From positions 1 through 64,000 of the IMG/VR virus record IMGVR_UViG_3300045391_002348: 64,000 nt of DNA; one strand, given 5' to 3'. Both the position numbers and the translations under genes were made by a program. The notes beneath the pieces were generated by a model that saw only the letters and a list, made by a program, of their open reading frames with translations, searched no databases and was not told the DNA's origin. Origin of the DNA: a virus. Lineage: Duplodnaviria; Caudoviricetes. Position 1 is the stretch's first letter; each line of letters starts with the position of its first letter. Shown here one piece after another: positions 1-8,663 of the stretch.

Positions 1-16
1 ATACTCCTACTGTCGA

Positions 17-89
17 GCCGCGGCGGACGGGAGGGGCTTGCATGTGGCTAGCCCACCTTTGCGAGAGGGGAAACTCCCGCCGCCGCGGC
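17..89. ncRNA. Candidate structured RNA element (three-way junction), intergenic
   Basis: 17-33 (GCCGCGGCGG-A-CGGGAG) pairs with 74-89 (CTCCCG-CCGCCGCGGC); inner hairpins 34-54 and 56-69 (GCGA loop). Function unknown. Confidence 0.35.
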
Positions 90-133
90 CTCCGAGACAC
101 CCCAGACCTAACCAAGATGCCCGGATAGCTCTA

Positions 134-1057
134 CTAGAACGGGACCTCGTCCCTCATCTCTCCTGTGGGAGCCCCCATGTCGGGGTCTCCGGCGGTCTCC
201 ACCCCGGCCGCGGCCTCATCCACCTCGGCCTGCTTCTCGCCGGACGCGAAGGCATCGTGCAACTCCTTGCCGCGCTTGTAACCATTCGGGTCTACCCAAC
301 TGGACCACGCAGGCTCCAGGACGTACCACTTACCCATATTATTAGACCGCTGCCGGGTCGTGAGCTTGTAAATAGAACTGAACGATGGAAGTATCTCGCC
401 GCTGGCGGTCCGCTTCGATTGGATCGTGAACATCCAGTTCTTCGAGGTCGTGTGACCAGTGGAGCTGAAGTTGATCACGTAAGGGACGGCGTTGGTCGGG
501 CTCAAGTATACAAAGCCCGCGTGGTGTCGGGTCTCCCTGAGCTCGTTCCCGGCCTCGGTCACCCAGATCATCGTCTTCGGGTTCTTGGGAGATGGGACCT
601 CGTTGGCCTTCGTCCCGCTGGACGTGACGCCGGTGCGAACCTTCGGATAGTCCTTGTGGAGGATCAACTCAGCGTGGACTGCGACGAGCCCGCCGCCTCG
701 ATCCCGAGGTGTCCACTCGATCCAGTCCTTGTAAAAGTAGCACGGCTGAAACAGGATGCCGTCTTCGCCGTCTATGATAGGAGGGGTAGACTGCCTGAGC
801 CAAATCTTACCCGGCGAGGCTCCCTCGACGAAGGCCGGCGAGCTCGGGTCCACCTGCGGACTGAGCGGCTGGAGGACGTAGATGAGCGGGACGATGTTAT
901 CCGCTGCATCCGTGGAGACACCCTTGCCAGCGTCCTTCTTCGCCTCCTCGGCCATCCAGGCCGGCATCTCCTGGAGCGGAGCCGTCGCCAGCTCCCTTCT
1001 CTCCTCCTTCTCCTTCACCTCCTCCTTCGGCTTCGTCGCTGTCGCTGTCTTACTCAT
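134..1057 (-). CDS. Putative ssDNA-binding/annealing protein
   Basis: Start MSKTATAT at 1057 behind GAGGAG RBS; core ILFQPCYFYKDWIEWTPRDRGGGLVAVH and acidic C-tail ending EVPF, as in phage SSB-like proteins. Confidence 0.5.
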   Translation of the reverse strand: MSKTATATKPKEEVKEKEERRELATAPLQEMPAWMAEEAKKDAGKGVSTDAADNIVPLIYVLQPLSPQVDPSSPAFVEGASPGKIWLRQSTPPIIDGEDGILFQPCYFYKDWIEWTPRDRGGGLVAVHAELILHKDYPKVRTGVTSSGTKANEVPSPKNPKTMIWVTEAGNELRETRHHAGFVYLSPTNAVPYVINFSSTGHTTSKNWMFTIQSKRTASGEILPSFSSIYKLTTRQRSNNMGKWYVLEPAWSSWVDPNGYKRGKELHDAFASGEKQAEVDEAAAGVETAGDPDMGAPTGEMRDEVPF

Positions 1058-1251
1058 CTCTGCTCCTCTTGGTTCCCGGCGTGCTCGAAGCTCACCCCGC
1101 TCATCGCCTTCTGCATCGGTTCGAGCTCGTCGGCCCGAACGATGACCTTTCCGCAGCCCGCCCACGTCAGGTTCGGCTGCTCTGCTACAAACAGTCGACA
1201 CTCGATGTGCTGGTCGCCGGTCTTTGCGTACTTGATCTTGAATACCGCCAC
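1054..1251 (-). CDS. Hypothetical protein (65 aa)
   Basis: GGAG RBS; stop overlaps the next start (ATGA). Confidence 0.6.
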   Translation of the reverse strand: MAVFKIKYAKTGDQHIECRLFVAEQPNLTWAGCGKVIVRADELEPMQKAMSGVSFEHAGNQEEQR

Positions 1252-1256
1252 GGTCT

Positions 1257-1403
1257 TTACTCCTCGGAGACATCGCTACCCTCTGCATGGACAGGTTTAT
1301 CTGGCAGACCTATGATCAGCAACACGATCGCGATTGGTATAATCAGAAAGACCAGAACAGCTATGCCGGCAATCGAGACCAACTTTAGTGGTGCAGTTCT
1401 CAT
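1257..1403 (-). CDS. Small membrane protein (48 aa)
   Basis: MRTAPLKLVSIAGIAVLVFLIIPIAIVLLIIGLP; one TM; ATG overlaps upstream stop. Below the ORF-track cutoff. Confidence 0.55.
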   Translation of the reverse strand: MRTAPLKLVSIAGIAVLVFLIIPIAIVLLIIGLPDKPVHAEGSDVSEE

Positions 1404-2215
1404 GGCGTTACCTTCACAGGTTTGACCGAGGCGACCCGACCTACATGTCCTCCGATGAGATCGAGCTTCGGCATGCGCCCAGCCTTCAACTCCTGCTTCA
1501 GCCAGGCCGACAGGGTCGTGTGCTCTACCTTCTCGGCCACGTCTACGGTATAGCCTCGGGTCACGAGCTCGGTCTGTAGAACGAGCGCGTTCTCGCGCTG
1601 CTCTCTCGGCACAGCGATTGTAATAGTCGTCTTGATGAGAGAGCCGTTACCGCTCTCTTCCAAATACTGGAAGGCCTCGTCGCGCTTCGACTTCTCCCAC
1701 TTGGCCGAGATGTTAGCTACGGCGAACGGGGCTATGCCTACGATCATCTCGGGGTTGTTCCCCTCCGCTGCGAGCTTAAAGCTGGGGATGCGACACTCGT
1801 CCATGAGGGCCGGTAGCTCCTCGATAGTCAGGCGGAGTAACTGCTTCCGGAGGTCCACCGCCCGCGACTCCAGGTCTGCGATCTCCTGCTGCTTGTCCCG
1901 GACGCTCTGGGCAGTCTCAGTTAGCTTGTCCAGTCGGTCCTTGGCCGCCACGGGCGGATCGTTCTTGATCGCCTCCCGGAGGTGGTCTGGTAGGTCCGCT
2001 ACGGCTACTTGCTGACTGACAGACTTGTCCGACTTCTTGTGGTCGGGACGAGAGGCGATGGCTTGGTCCCTCTCCTGGTAGACCTCCGACGGCGCCCTCT
2101 TAGCGCTGATCTTGTCGTCGTGGCTCCTCCGCGCAGCTAACTTAGCTCGTGTCGCAGCGTCCTCTGCCGCCTGCTTCAGCGTCCGCTTCGGTTTGTTTGT
2201 AATTCTCGGAGCCAC
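1400..2215 (-). CDS. Conserved phage replication-module protein (coiled coil + alpha/beta domain)
   Basis: GTG at 2215 after GAGAGGGAGG RBS and a promoter; EELPALMDE...FQYLEESGNGSLIK...VEHTTLSAWLKQ resembles conserved proteins next to phage SSB genes. Confidence 0.55.
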   Translation of the reverse strand: MAPRITNKPKRTLKQAAEDAATRAKLAARRSHDDKISAKRAPSEVYQERDQAIASRPDHKKSDKSVSQQVAVADLPDHLREAIKNDPPVAAKDRLDKLTETAQSVRDKQQEIADLESRAVDLRKQLLRLTIEELPALMDECRIPSFKLAAEGNNPEMIVGIAPFAVANISAKWEKSKRDEAFQYLEESGNGSLIKTTITIAVPREQRENALVLQTELVTRGYTVDVAEKVEHTTLSAWLKQELKAGRMPKLDLIGGHVGRVASVKPVKVTP

Positions 2216-2246
2216 TTGGCCCTCCCTCTCGCTGGTCGATAGGACC

Positions 2247-2279
2247 CACCTAGACCCTCCGACGGCGAAAGTAAATAGG
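2247..2279 (-). promoter_or_regulatory. Leftward sigma70-like promoter (CCTATTTACT-N17-TAGGTG)
   Basis: Same CCTATTTAC core and 17-nt spacer as the promoters at 62075 and 63841. Confidence 0.6.
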
Positions 2280-2284
2280 AAAGT

Positions 2285-2313
2285 TTCACTAGCCCCCGGA
2301 AAAATTTTATTAT
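2285..2313 (+). promoter_or_regulatory. Rightward sigma70-like promoter (TTCACT-N17-TATTAT)
   Basis: Near-consensus -35/-10 with 17-nt spacer in the AT-rich divergent gap before the primase operon. Confidence 0.55.
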
Positions 2314-2400
2314 AGCTTTGGCCCTCCCCTCCTATAGGTAGAACCCTCGGCATCGCAATGCCGAAGTAACAAACGAGCGTCGTAAGGAGATTTACAAACA

Positions 2401-2655
2401 ATGAGCTGGGACAAGAGAGTGCTGCGAGGCTCACAGCTGGTCCAGCAGCTGACCGAGCTGGAACTTCAGCTGGGGCAGTTAGCAAGCGAGATACCGATGG
2501 ACCGGCTGAGAGACTTCGCCAAGGCCGTCGGCTACAGAACTACACCGCTGTTCGAACTAATCAAGGTGGCGAGTGGAGCAAAGGTCAGGCACAGAAAGGA
2601 GGTCGTCGAGATCGCTCGCGCAAAACTATCTAAGCGAATGAAGCGTGCTGCATGA
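2401..2655 (+). CDS. Small basic protein, possible HTH regulator
   Basis: AAGGAG RBS; LRDFAKAVGYRTTPLFELIK is HTH-like; first gene after a divergent promoter. Confidence 0.45.
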   Translation: MSWDKRVLRGSQLVQQLTELELQLGQLASEIPMDRLRDFAKAVGYRTTPLFELIKVASGAKVRHRKEVVEIARAKLSKRMKRAA

Positions 2656-3578
2656 CCGATAACCTGCAAGGGCTAATAGACCAGGCCCGTGCTGTAGACG
2701 TGGCGAGCGCTGCGTCCCGCCTCGGTATCAGCTTCAGAGGAAGTCAGTATGCAGGCTCCTGCCCTGCCTGCGGCGGCAAGGACAGGTTCTGGATCAACAC
2801 CAGGAGGAACGCCTGGGGCTGCAGACACTGCGGGACCGGGGGCGATGGTATCGCTTTGATCATGAACGCCGAAGGCTGTGACTTCCTCCAGGCGGTAGAG
2901 ATATTGACCGACGAGAAGTTCCTGCGACGTGTAACTGAGCAACCGAAGCGCCCCAGCGGACCGGACCCCGAGGACGAGAAGCGAAAGCGCAGAGCTCAGT
3001 GGTACTGGAACCAGAGCAAGCCGGCCGAGAACTCTCCTGTAGAGAAGTACCTGCGAGGGAGAGGGTTGACCCTCCCGATACCGGGCACTGTCCGATACCT
3101 GCCCAAGATGGACCGTGGGCACATACCTCACTGCATGATCTCGGCGTTTGGACTTCCAAATGAGACCGAGCCCGGCATCCTCGGTGCGCCGGAGAAGATC
3201 ATCTCGGTGCACCTCACCTTCTTGAACCCGGAGGGGACGGCCAAGCAGGTAGTCAGTATTGCGAACGAGCCTGCTACCAAGATCATGATTGGCTACCCCG
3301 ACGACCTCCCCATAGCTGTGGCTCCTGTCAACGAGAGCGGAGCCATGTCTATATCGGAGGGGATAGAGAACGCCATGGCCGAGGCCCAGGCTATGGGATG
3401 GGGTGCGTGGGCTGCCGGGAGTGCACCGAGGCTTCCTAAGCTGGCGAAAGTTCTACCAGACTACGTAAAGACTGTCGCGATATACCCTGATCATGATCAT
3501 GACGGGGAGTTGTACGCAATGCGGCTCGTGGACGCTCTTGAGGAGCGCGAGGGGCTCGAAGTTCTTGTAGAGGAGTAG
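2652..3578 (+). CDS. DNA primase (zinc finger + Toprim)
   Basis: CPACGGKDRF...CRHC zinc-binding domain; SEGIENA and YPDHDHDG Toprim motifs. Confidence 0.9.
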   Translation: MTDNLQGLIDQARAVDVASAASRLGISFRGSQYAGSCPACGGKDRFWINTRRNAWGCRHCGTGGDGIALIMNAEGCDFLQAVEILTDEKFLRRVTEQPKRPSGPDPEDEKRKRRAQWYWNQSKPAENSPVEKYLRGRGLTLPIPGTVRYLPKMDRGHIPHCMISAFGLPNETEPGILGAPEKIISVHLTFLNPEGTAKQVVSIANEPATKIMIGYPDDLPIAVAPVNESGAMSISEGIENAMAEAQAMGWGAWAAGSAPRLPKLAKVLPDYVKTVAIYPDHDHDGELYAMRLVDALEEREGLEVLVEE

Positions 3579-3581
3579 GGG

Positions 3582-4832
3582 ATGAGCGATGACAAACGAC
3601 CGGACACGAACGAGTCCTTGCGAACCGGGGGAGAGCGGGCCATCCAGGACAGGAAGTTGGTCCCAGCTGGAGAGCTCAAGCGACGCCGCAACCAGAGAAC
3701 GGGTACTAGTGACAAGGACGAGCTGGAGATAATCCAGGCTAGTACTGTAAAGCCGAGGGCCATACGCTGGGTCTGGCCTAGCAGGATCGCGGAGGGGAAG
3801 ATCACCGTCTTTGCGGGCAATCCGGGGGCGTCCAAGACGCTCCTCTTGATCGCTATTATCGCGATCGTGTCCCGGGGCGGACTGTTCCCTATGAACGAGG
3901 GGAGGTCCCCGAAGCGCCGCGTTCTCGTGCTGTCTACAGAGGACGACATCGCAGACACACTGGTACCCAGGTTGATTGCTGCGGGGGCTGATATGAACTA
4001 CGTCTCGTTCGTTCCTGCTGTCAAGACCGAGGGAGGGCGGCGCGGCGTGGACCTCTCTATAGACATCGACCGCTTCCGGAAGGAGATCGCGAAGTACGAC
4101 GATGTGGGTCTCATGACCTTCGACCCCCTGACAGCCTACGTAGAGGACGACACGTCGGTCTCCCGCAAGGTCCAGATGAGCACTCGCTCGATCCTGACGG
4201 CTCTGAAGATACTGGCAGAGGAGACCGGCGTGGCCATCGTCGCGATCATGCACTTCAACAAAAAGACCGACGTAGTAGATGCGATGACCCGCATCGCCGG
4301 CAACCGGGCCTACACCGCGGTGGCCAGAGGGGTATACACTGTCTCCGACGACCGGGAGAACAATCGAAAGCTGTTTCTAAATACCAAGCTGAATATAGGA
4401 CTGGAGCCGAAGGGACTGAGCTACACGATCCGGGTAGTAACAATCGGTGTCGACGAGGACACGAGAGAGGCCATCGTAGCTCCATGCATAGCGTGGGGCG
4501 ATAGCTACGTCGACACCTCATCGAACGAGGCTATCCAGCAAGAGGTCGACAGCGACCAGAAGAAGATAAAGGGATCGAGGGCGAAGACGTTTGTAAGGGA
4601 CGCTCTCGCGGACGGTCCGGTCAACTGGAATACGATCCTCGGCCAGGCGAAGTCGGAGGGGGAGAAGGACAAGATTTCCGCGTCGACTCTCCGGAGGGCC
4701 AGGGACGATCTGGCAAAGGAGGGGGTCATCGCATTCAGGAGGTTCGGGAGCGGGGACTCTGTCTGGTTCATGGTTGGAGACACTAGACTCGCTCCCGGCG
4801 AGAAGGGGGACGAGGCCGAGATGCCCTTCTAG
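3582..4832 (+). CDS. AAA_25/RepA-like replicative helicase
   Basis: WVWPSRIAEGKITVFAGNPGASKT Walker A; LMTFDPL Walker B; IMHFNKK. Confidence 0.85.
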   Translation: MSDDKRPDTNESLRTGGERAIQDRKLVPAGELKRRRNQRTGTSDKDELEIIQASTVKPRAIRWVWPSRIAEGKITVFAGNPGASKTLLLIAIIAIVSRGGLFPMNEGRSPKRRVLVLSTEDDIADTLVPRLIAAGADMNYVSFVPAVKTEGGRRGVDLSIDIDRFRKEIAKYDDVGLMTFDPLTAYVEDDTSVSRKVQMSTRSILTALKILAEETGVAIVAIMHFNKKTDVVDAMTRIAGNRAYTAVARGVYTVSDDRENNRKLFLNTKLNIGLEPKGLSYTIRVVTIGVDEDTREAIVAPCIAWGDSYVDTSSNEAIQQEVDSDQKKIKGSRAKTFVRDALADGPVNWNTILGQAKSEGEKDKISASTLRRARDDLAKEGVIAFRRFGSGDSVWFMVGDTRLAPGEKGDEAEMPF

Positions 4833-4910
4833 CCTGATGCTCATCTGCCACCGAGAGGGGGGACGAGGCCGAGATGCCCTTCTAGCCTGATGCTCATCTG
4901 CCACCGAGAG
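4805..4910 (+). repeat. 53-bp tandem duplication of the helicase 3' end
   Basis: GGGGGACGAGGCCGAGATGCCCTTCTAGCCTGATGCTCATCTGCCACCGAGAG at 4805 and again at 4858. Confidence 0.9.
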
Positions 4911-4919
4911 GGGGAGACC

Positions 4920-5085
4920 CATATGCTCATTTGCGTCGTAAAGTACGACGAAAGTGGGGGAGGGGGTGGGCATATGGACATATGGGGGGTAAGTATATGA
5001 TATATATATATAATCCTCCATATGCCCATCCCTCCCCCTGTATGGGCATATGGACATATGGTACCCCCCATATGCCCATATGCCC
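4920..5085. other. Putative replication origin (CATATG iterons around an AT-rich core)
   Basis: Eight CATATG copies (4920, 4971, 4979, 5019, 5047, 5055, 5069, 5077); alternating TA run about 4994-5013; directly after primase/helicase. Confidence 0.55.
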
Positions 5086-5139
5086 CTCCTGCTCACCCCC
5101 TCCCCGTCTTTTTTGGAGGTAGTATCGTGTGGGTCACCC

Positions 5140-5275
5140 CCCTAGACTCGAGACCTCCCCCTCGCGGCTATACCCCCGAGGCTAGTCTCGCGAGCCCCGC
5201 GAGCCTCGAACCCCAGGTCTCGTGAGACCCGAGCTTCGAGTCATGAGACTCGAAATACGATCTACGAGGCTCGCA
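5140..5275. repeat. Cluster of short CTCG/CGAG palindromes
   Basis: CTCGAG, CTCGCGAG, GGTCTCGTGAGACC, TCGAGTCATGAGACTCGA in non-coding DNA. Confidence 0.55.
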
Positions 5276-5373
5276 GCCTAGTGCACGGTGCCATGGTGCT
5301 TTACAAGGTAATAGCTTATATGATACACCCTCGCCCCAGCTAGAGAACCCTAACCCAAATTACAAACAATTCG

Positions 5374-5991
5374 ATGCCCGATTGGATCGTAGCAGTTGCA
5401 GGTTGGCGCCAGGAGCGCTCCGTCAAGGAGCACGTCGAGAGCGCCGGTCTTGTTTGTTATCAGCCCTTGTTTCGGGAGCGTCGGATCGTCAGGAATAATC
5501 GGATATGGGTTGTTTGTTGTTTGTTTGGTCGGTACTTCTTTGTTGCAAAGATCGGAGATTGGGAGCAGACGTATTTCACACTGATGACCTCTCCGACTGT
5601 TTCCAATGTTCTGATGGCCGACGAGAGGCCATTTGTTGTAAATGAGAGAGAGATCGCCAGGTTCAAATCTCAGGAGGTCGACGGTTTTATTCCTGTCGAT
5701 CCGAACAAACGTTCAGGCCATGGCTTTACCCGAGGGCAGCGGGTGATGATTACTGCTGGAAATTTCAAGGACCACATAGGTCGCTACGTCGAGGCGGACC
5801 TCGATCAGTGTGCTGACCACGTGAGCGTCACGATGTTGGGAAGGTCCGTGACTATAGAACTTCCATTTGGTTATCTGCTGCCCGTCGGAAGGCAGCGCCG
5901 GTCACGTAGCAAGTCGAGGCGACAGTCGCATCGCTCTGCTGTGGCCGGTGGGACTGCGAAGGTCGCAACTCCTCTACCCCTCGTCGGATGA
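5374..5991 (+). CDS. NusG/RfaH-family transcription antitermination factor
   Basis: NGN domain (YQPLF...LFGRYFFV...VSNVL...PFVVNEREI) + KOW (FTRGQRVMITAGNFKDHIG...VTMLGRSVTIEL). Confidence 0.85.
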   Translation: MPDWIVAVAGWRQERSVKEHVESAGLVCYQPLFRERRIVRNNRIWVVCCLFGRYFFVAKIGDWEQTYFTLMTSPTVSNVLMADERPFVVNEREIARFKSQEVDGFIPVDPNKRSGHGFTRGQRVMITAGNFKDHIGRYVEADLDQCADHVSVTMLGRSVTIELPFGYLLPVGRQRRSRSKSRRQSHRSAVAGGTAKVATPLPLVG

Positions 5992-6071
5992 GTTTCAGAG
6001 TTGCGTCTTTGTAAGGTCCTGCTAATCTATCTCGCCTAGATGCGAGATGCAGGCTCGTGGAGATTTGTTAG

Positions 6072-6689
6072 ATGCCACCGCGTTCAAGTCCGAGGCCAAC
6101 TACAAAAGCAGAGCGTGCTGAGGAGGTGAAGCGCTCCTACACTAAGCCGGCTGCTCCAGCCGGCCGCAATCGTCCAAAGTCAGCTAGAGCTGCCGACGAT
6201 CCTCTATTCCAAGACAGGCCATGGCTGTTCCGCCCGGGTTCCAGGCCGCCTGGAGGTGGACGACCCCCGGGTACTCCGAACAAGAATACGATGATACTGA
6301 AGGACTCGCTCCTGTACGCTGCCGCATGCGCCGGGGATGATCTGAAGAAGTTCATCATAGAGCGGATGCGTGCTGAGGGGGCAACTGAGCTGGCGATAGA
6401 GGCTGTATTTGACAACGAGGCTGGCGGCCTGGTTGGGTATCTGAAGTGGATGGCCCTGGAGCACCCGAGCGTCTTCGGTCCACTCCTCGGCAAGGTTATT
6501 CCGATGCAGATACAGGTTCAGAAGTCGGAGGTCGTGACCTACAGGTCAATCGAGGAGATCGACAAGGAGCTCGCGGCCAGGCGTATCCCGGTCAGGAGAC
6601 TGGCAGCGGCGATAGATATTCTACCCGTTCCGGCCACTCCTCCTGTAACAGAGCCGGTAAGTGCTGAACCAGATACAAAGACTTCCTGA
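6072..6689 (+). CDS. terS: Terminase small subunit
   Basis: GGRPPGTPNK and FGPLLGKVIPMQ motifs; overlaps the terL start. Confidence 0.75.
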   Translation: MPPRSSPRPTTKAERAEEVKRSYTKPAAPAGRNRPKSARAADDPLFQDRPWLFRPGSRPPGGGRPPGTPNKNTMILKDSLLYAAACAGDDLKKFIIERMRAEGATELAIEAVFDNEAGGLVGYLKWMALEHPSVFGPLLGKVIPMQIQVQKSEVVTYRSIEEIDKELAARRIPVRRLAAAIDILPVPATPPVTEPVSAEPDTKTS

Positions 6690-8115
6690 GTTCATCGGAT
6701 CGTCCGAGGACCTGGACCTACTGGAGCAGAGACTTTGCGCTCAGTCCCGCGACGACTTCGGCTGCTACCGCGAGATGATCCGTCCCTACATGGTGACGGG
6801 CTGGTGGACGGACGTCGTCGCCAGGGAGCTTCAGCAGTTCTACGTAGACTTCAAAGCGGGCAAGCGACCGAAGCTCGCAATGATGGCTCCTCCTCAGCAC
6901 GGGAAGTCTGCAGCTGTAACAGACTTCATATCGTTTGTGGCCGGCAACCTACCCGACTCGAACATCATCTTTGGGTCGTACTCCGACGACCTCGGCACGA
7001 GGACGAACTTGGAGATACAGCGGTTGATGAAGTCCGAGCGATATCTCGACATCTTCGGGAAGGTGAAGATCGGGCAGGGCGGCTGGCAGTGCAACACCTC
7101 GCTGATAGAGTTCCCAGACTACCGCGGGACCTTCCGCAACACGACAGTCATGTCGGGCATCACGGGGTTCGGTCTTCAGCTTGGAGTGATAGACGATCCC
7201 GTGAAGGGTCGCGTAGAGGCGAACTCCAAGGCGATCCGGGAGCGTACCTGGAACTGGTACACCGACGACTTCTTCTCACGCTTCGCTGCCTCGGCCGGTC
7301 AGATCATGATCATGACCCGGTGGCACGTGGACGACCTACTCGGTCGCATCTTGGAGAAGTCGCCAGACGGCTGGAGAGTTCTCAGGTGGCCGGCAGTAGC
7401 GCTTCACGACGACGAGTATCGGAAGAAGGGAGAGGCGCTGTTCCCCGAGTTCAAGCCTCTAGACTTCCTCCTCGAACGTCAGCGGTTGTACTCGAAGTCC
7501 TCCTGGGAGAGCTTGTATCAGCAGACGCCGATTACTATCGGCGGCGGGATGTTCCCGATAGAGAAGCTCACGACGAGGAGTTATCTGGACAAGGAAATGA
7601 TCTCGGCTACCGTGCGCTACTGGGACAAGGCCGGGACGGCGGACGGCGGCGCCTACACCTCCGGCGTCATGATGCACAAGATGAAGGACGGGACCTACGT
7701 CGTAGCTCACGTCGCGAGGGGACAGTGGGCGGCCCTGGAGCGCGAGCAGAGGATCAAATTCTGGTCTCAGAACGACAAGGCGAATACACCGACCGGTGTT
7801 CCCTACACCGTCTGGGTAGAGCAAGAACCGGGATCAGGCGGCAAGGAGAGCGCGGAGGCTACTATCCGGATGCTCGCCGGCTACAGCGTGTACGCAGACA
7901 AGGTCACGGGGGACAAGGTCACGCGGGCCGACCCCTTCGCCGCTCAGGTCCAGGGCGGCAACGTAACTCTCTTGGCTGGTCCGTGGCAGTTCGATTATTT
8001 GGACGAGATGGAAGGCTGGCCGAACTCGAAGTTCATGGATCAGGGCGATGCCTCGGCCGGGGCCTTCTCGAAGGTGACGGCCGAGGGGAATTACAGAGCG
8101 GACTGGGGCGTATAG
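6661..8115 (+). CDS. terL: Terminase large subunit
   Basis: MAPPQHGKS Walker A, GVIDDPVKG Walker B, YWDKAGT nuclease, DQGDA C-terminus. Confidence 0.95.
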   Translation: MLNQIQRLPEFIGSSEDLDLLEQRLCAQSRDDFGCYREMIRPYMVTGWWTDVVARELQQFYVDFKAGKRPKLAMMAPPQHGKSAAVTDFISFVAGNLPDSNIIFGSYSDDLGTRTNLEIQRLMKSERYLDIFGKVKIGQGGWQCNTSLIEFPDYRGTFRNTTVMSGITGFGLQLGVIDDPVKGRVEANSKAIRERTWNWYTDDFFSRFAASAGQIMIMTRWHVDDLLGRILEKSPDGWRVLRWPAVALHDDEYRKKGEALFPEFKPLDFLLERQRLYSKSSWESLYQQTPITIGGGMFPIEKLTTRSYLDKEMISATVRYWDKAGTADGGAYTSGVMMHKMKDGTYVVAHVARGQWAALEREQRIKFWSQNDKANTPTGVPYTVWVEQEPGSGGKESAEATIRMLAGYSVYADKVTGDKVTRADPFAAQVQGGNVTLLAGPWQFDYLDEMEGWPNSKFMDQGDASAGAFSKVTAEGNYRADWGV

Positions 8116-8118
8116 CAA

Positions 8119-8607
8119 ATGAGTAGAAAATCACTTGAGTTCTGGAGGTCCCCTCAGGGGAGATTTTTAACTCAGAAGAAGAATGCTAAACGACGCGACA
8201 TTGAATTTAATCTTACGTTCGATCAGTGGTGGAAGGTCTGGCAGGACTCGGGGCATTGGGAGGAGAGGGGGAGGAACCGGGGGCAGTATGCAATGACCCG
8301 TCCGGGGGACACAGGACCCTACTCTGTAGATAATGTTGTTATCAAGACTGTCCTAGATAATTCGCTAGAGACATTTTCTGATCCTATTCGACGTAAGCAG
8401 CACAGTGAGCGGATCTCTTGTTCTTTAATGGGGAATGATTATGCTCTTGGCAATAAGCTAGGGCCGGAGACCCGAGCAAAGATGCGATCGTCAAAGATAG
8501 GAGAGCGAAATAGCTTCTTCGGGAAGAAGCACTCTCCGGATAACATTAAAAAGATGAGTCTCGCTCGACGTAAGTGGTGGGAGCGTCGGAAGTTGGAGAC
8601 TAACTAA
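8119..8607 (+). CDS. Free-standing HNH-like homing endonuclease with NUMOD3 repeats
   Basis: FNLTFDQWW...MTRPGDTGPYSVDNV His-Me-like core; NSFFGKKHSPDNIKKMS NUMOD3; more AT-rich than flanks. Confidence 0.75.
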   Translation: MSRKSLEFWRSPQGRFLTQKKNAKRRDIEFNLTFDQWWKVWQDSGHWEERGRNRGQYAMTRPGDTGPYSVDNVVIKTVLDNSLETFSDPIRRKQHSERISCSLMGNDYALGNKLGPETRAKMRSSKIGERNSFFGKKHSPDNIKKMSLARRKWWERRKLETN

Positions 8608-8663
8608 GGGTTTCTAGGGGCAGCTCCGGGAGGGCATAAACCTAGGAGGCTTGAGAGACTACG

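Noticed and set aside
1058-1288. N-terminal extension of the 134-1288 ORF; likewise 2216-2485 and 26893-26934
   Set aside because: They overlap other genes or promoters; internal starts have better RBSs.
38-1315. 425-aa plus-strand ORF and similar long antisense ORFs (e.g. 6735-8126, 60388-61215)
   Set aside because: Shadow frames of well-supported genes in GC-rich DNA; no motifs or RBS.
4920-5275. CRISPR-like array
   Set aside because: Repeats are 6-18 bp, irregularly spaced, with no unique spacers.
5296-5330. sigma70 promoter TTTACA...TATGAT before the NusG paralogue
   Set aside because: Spacer is 13 nt; other registers give a poor -10.
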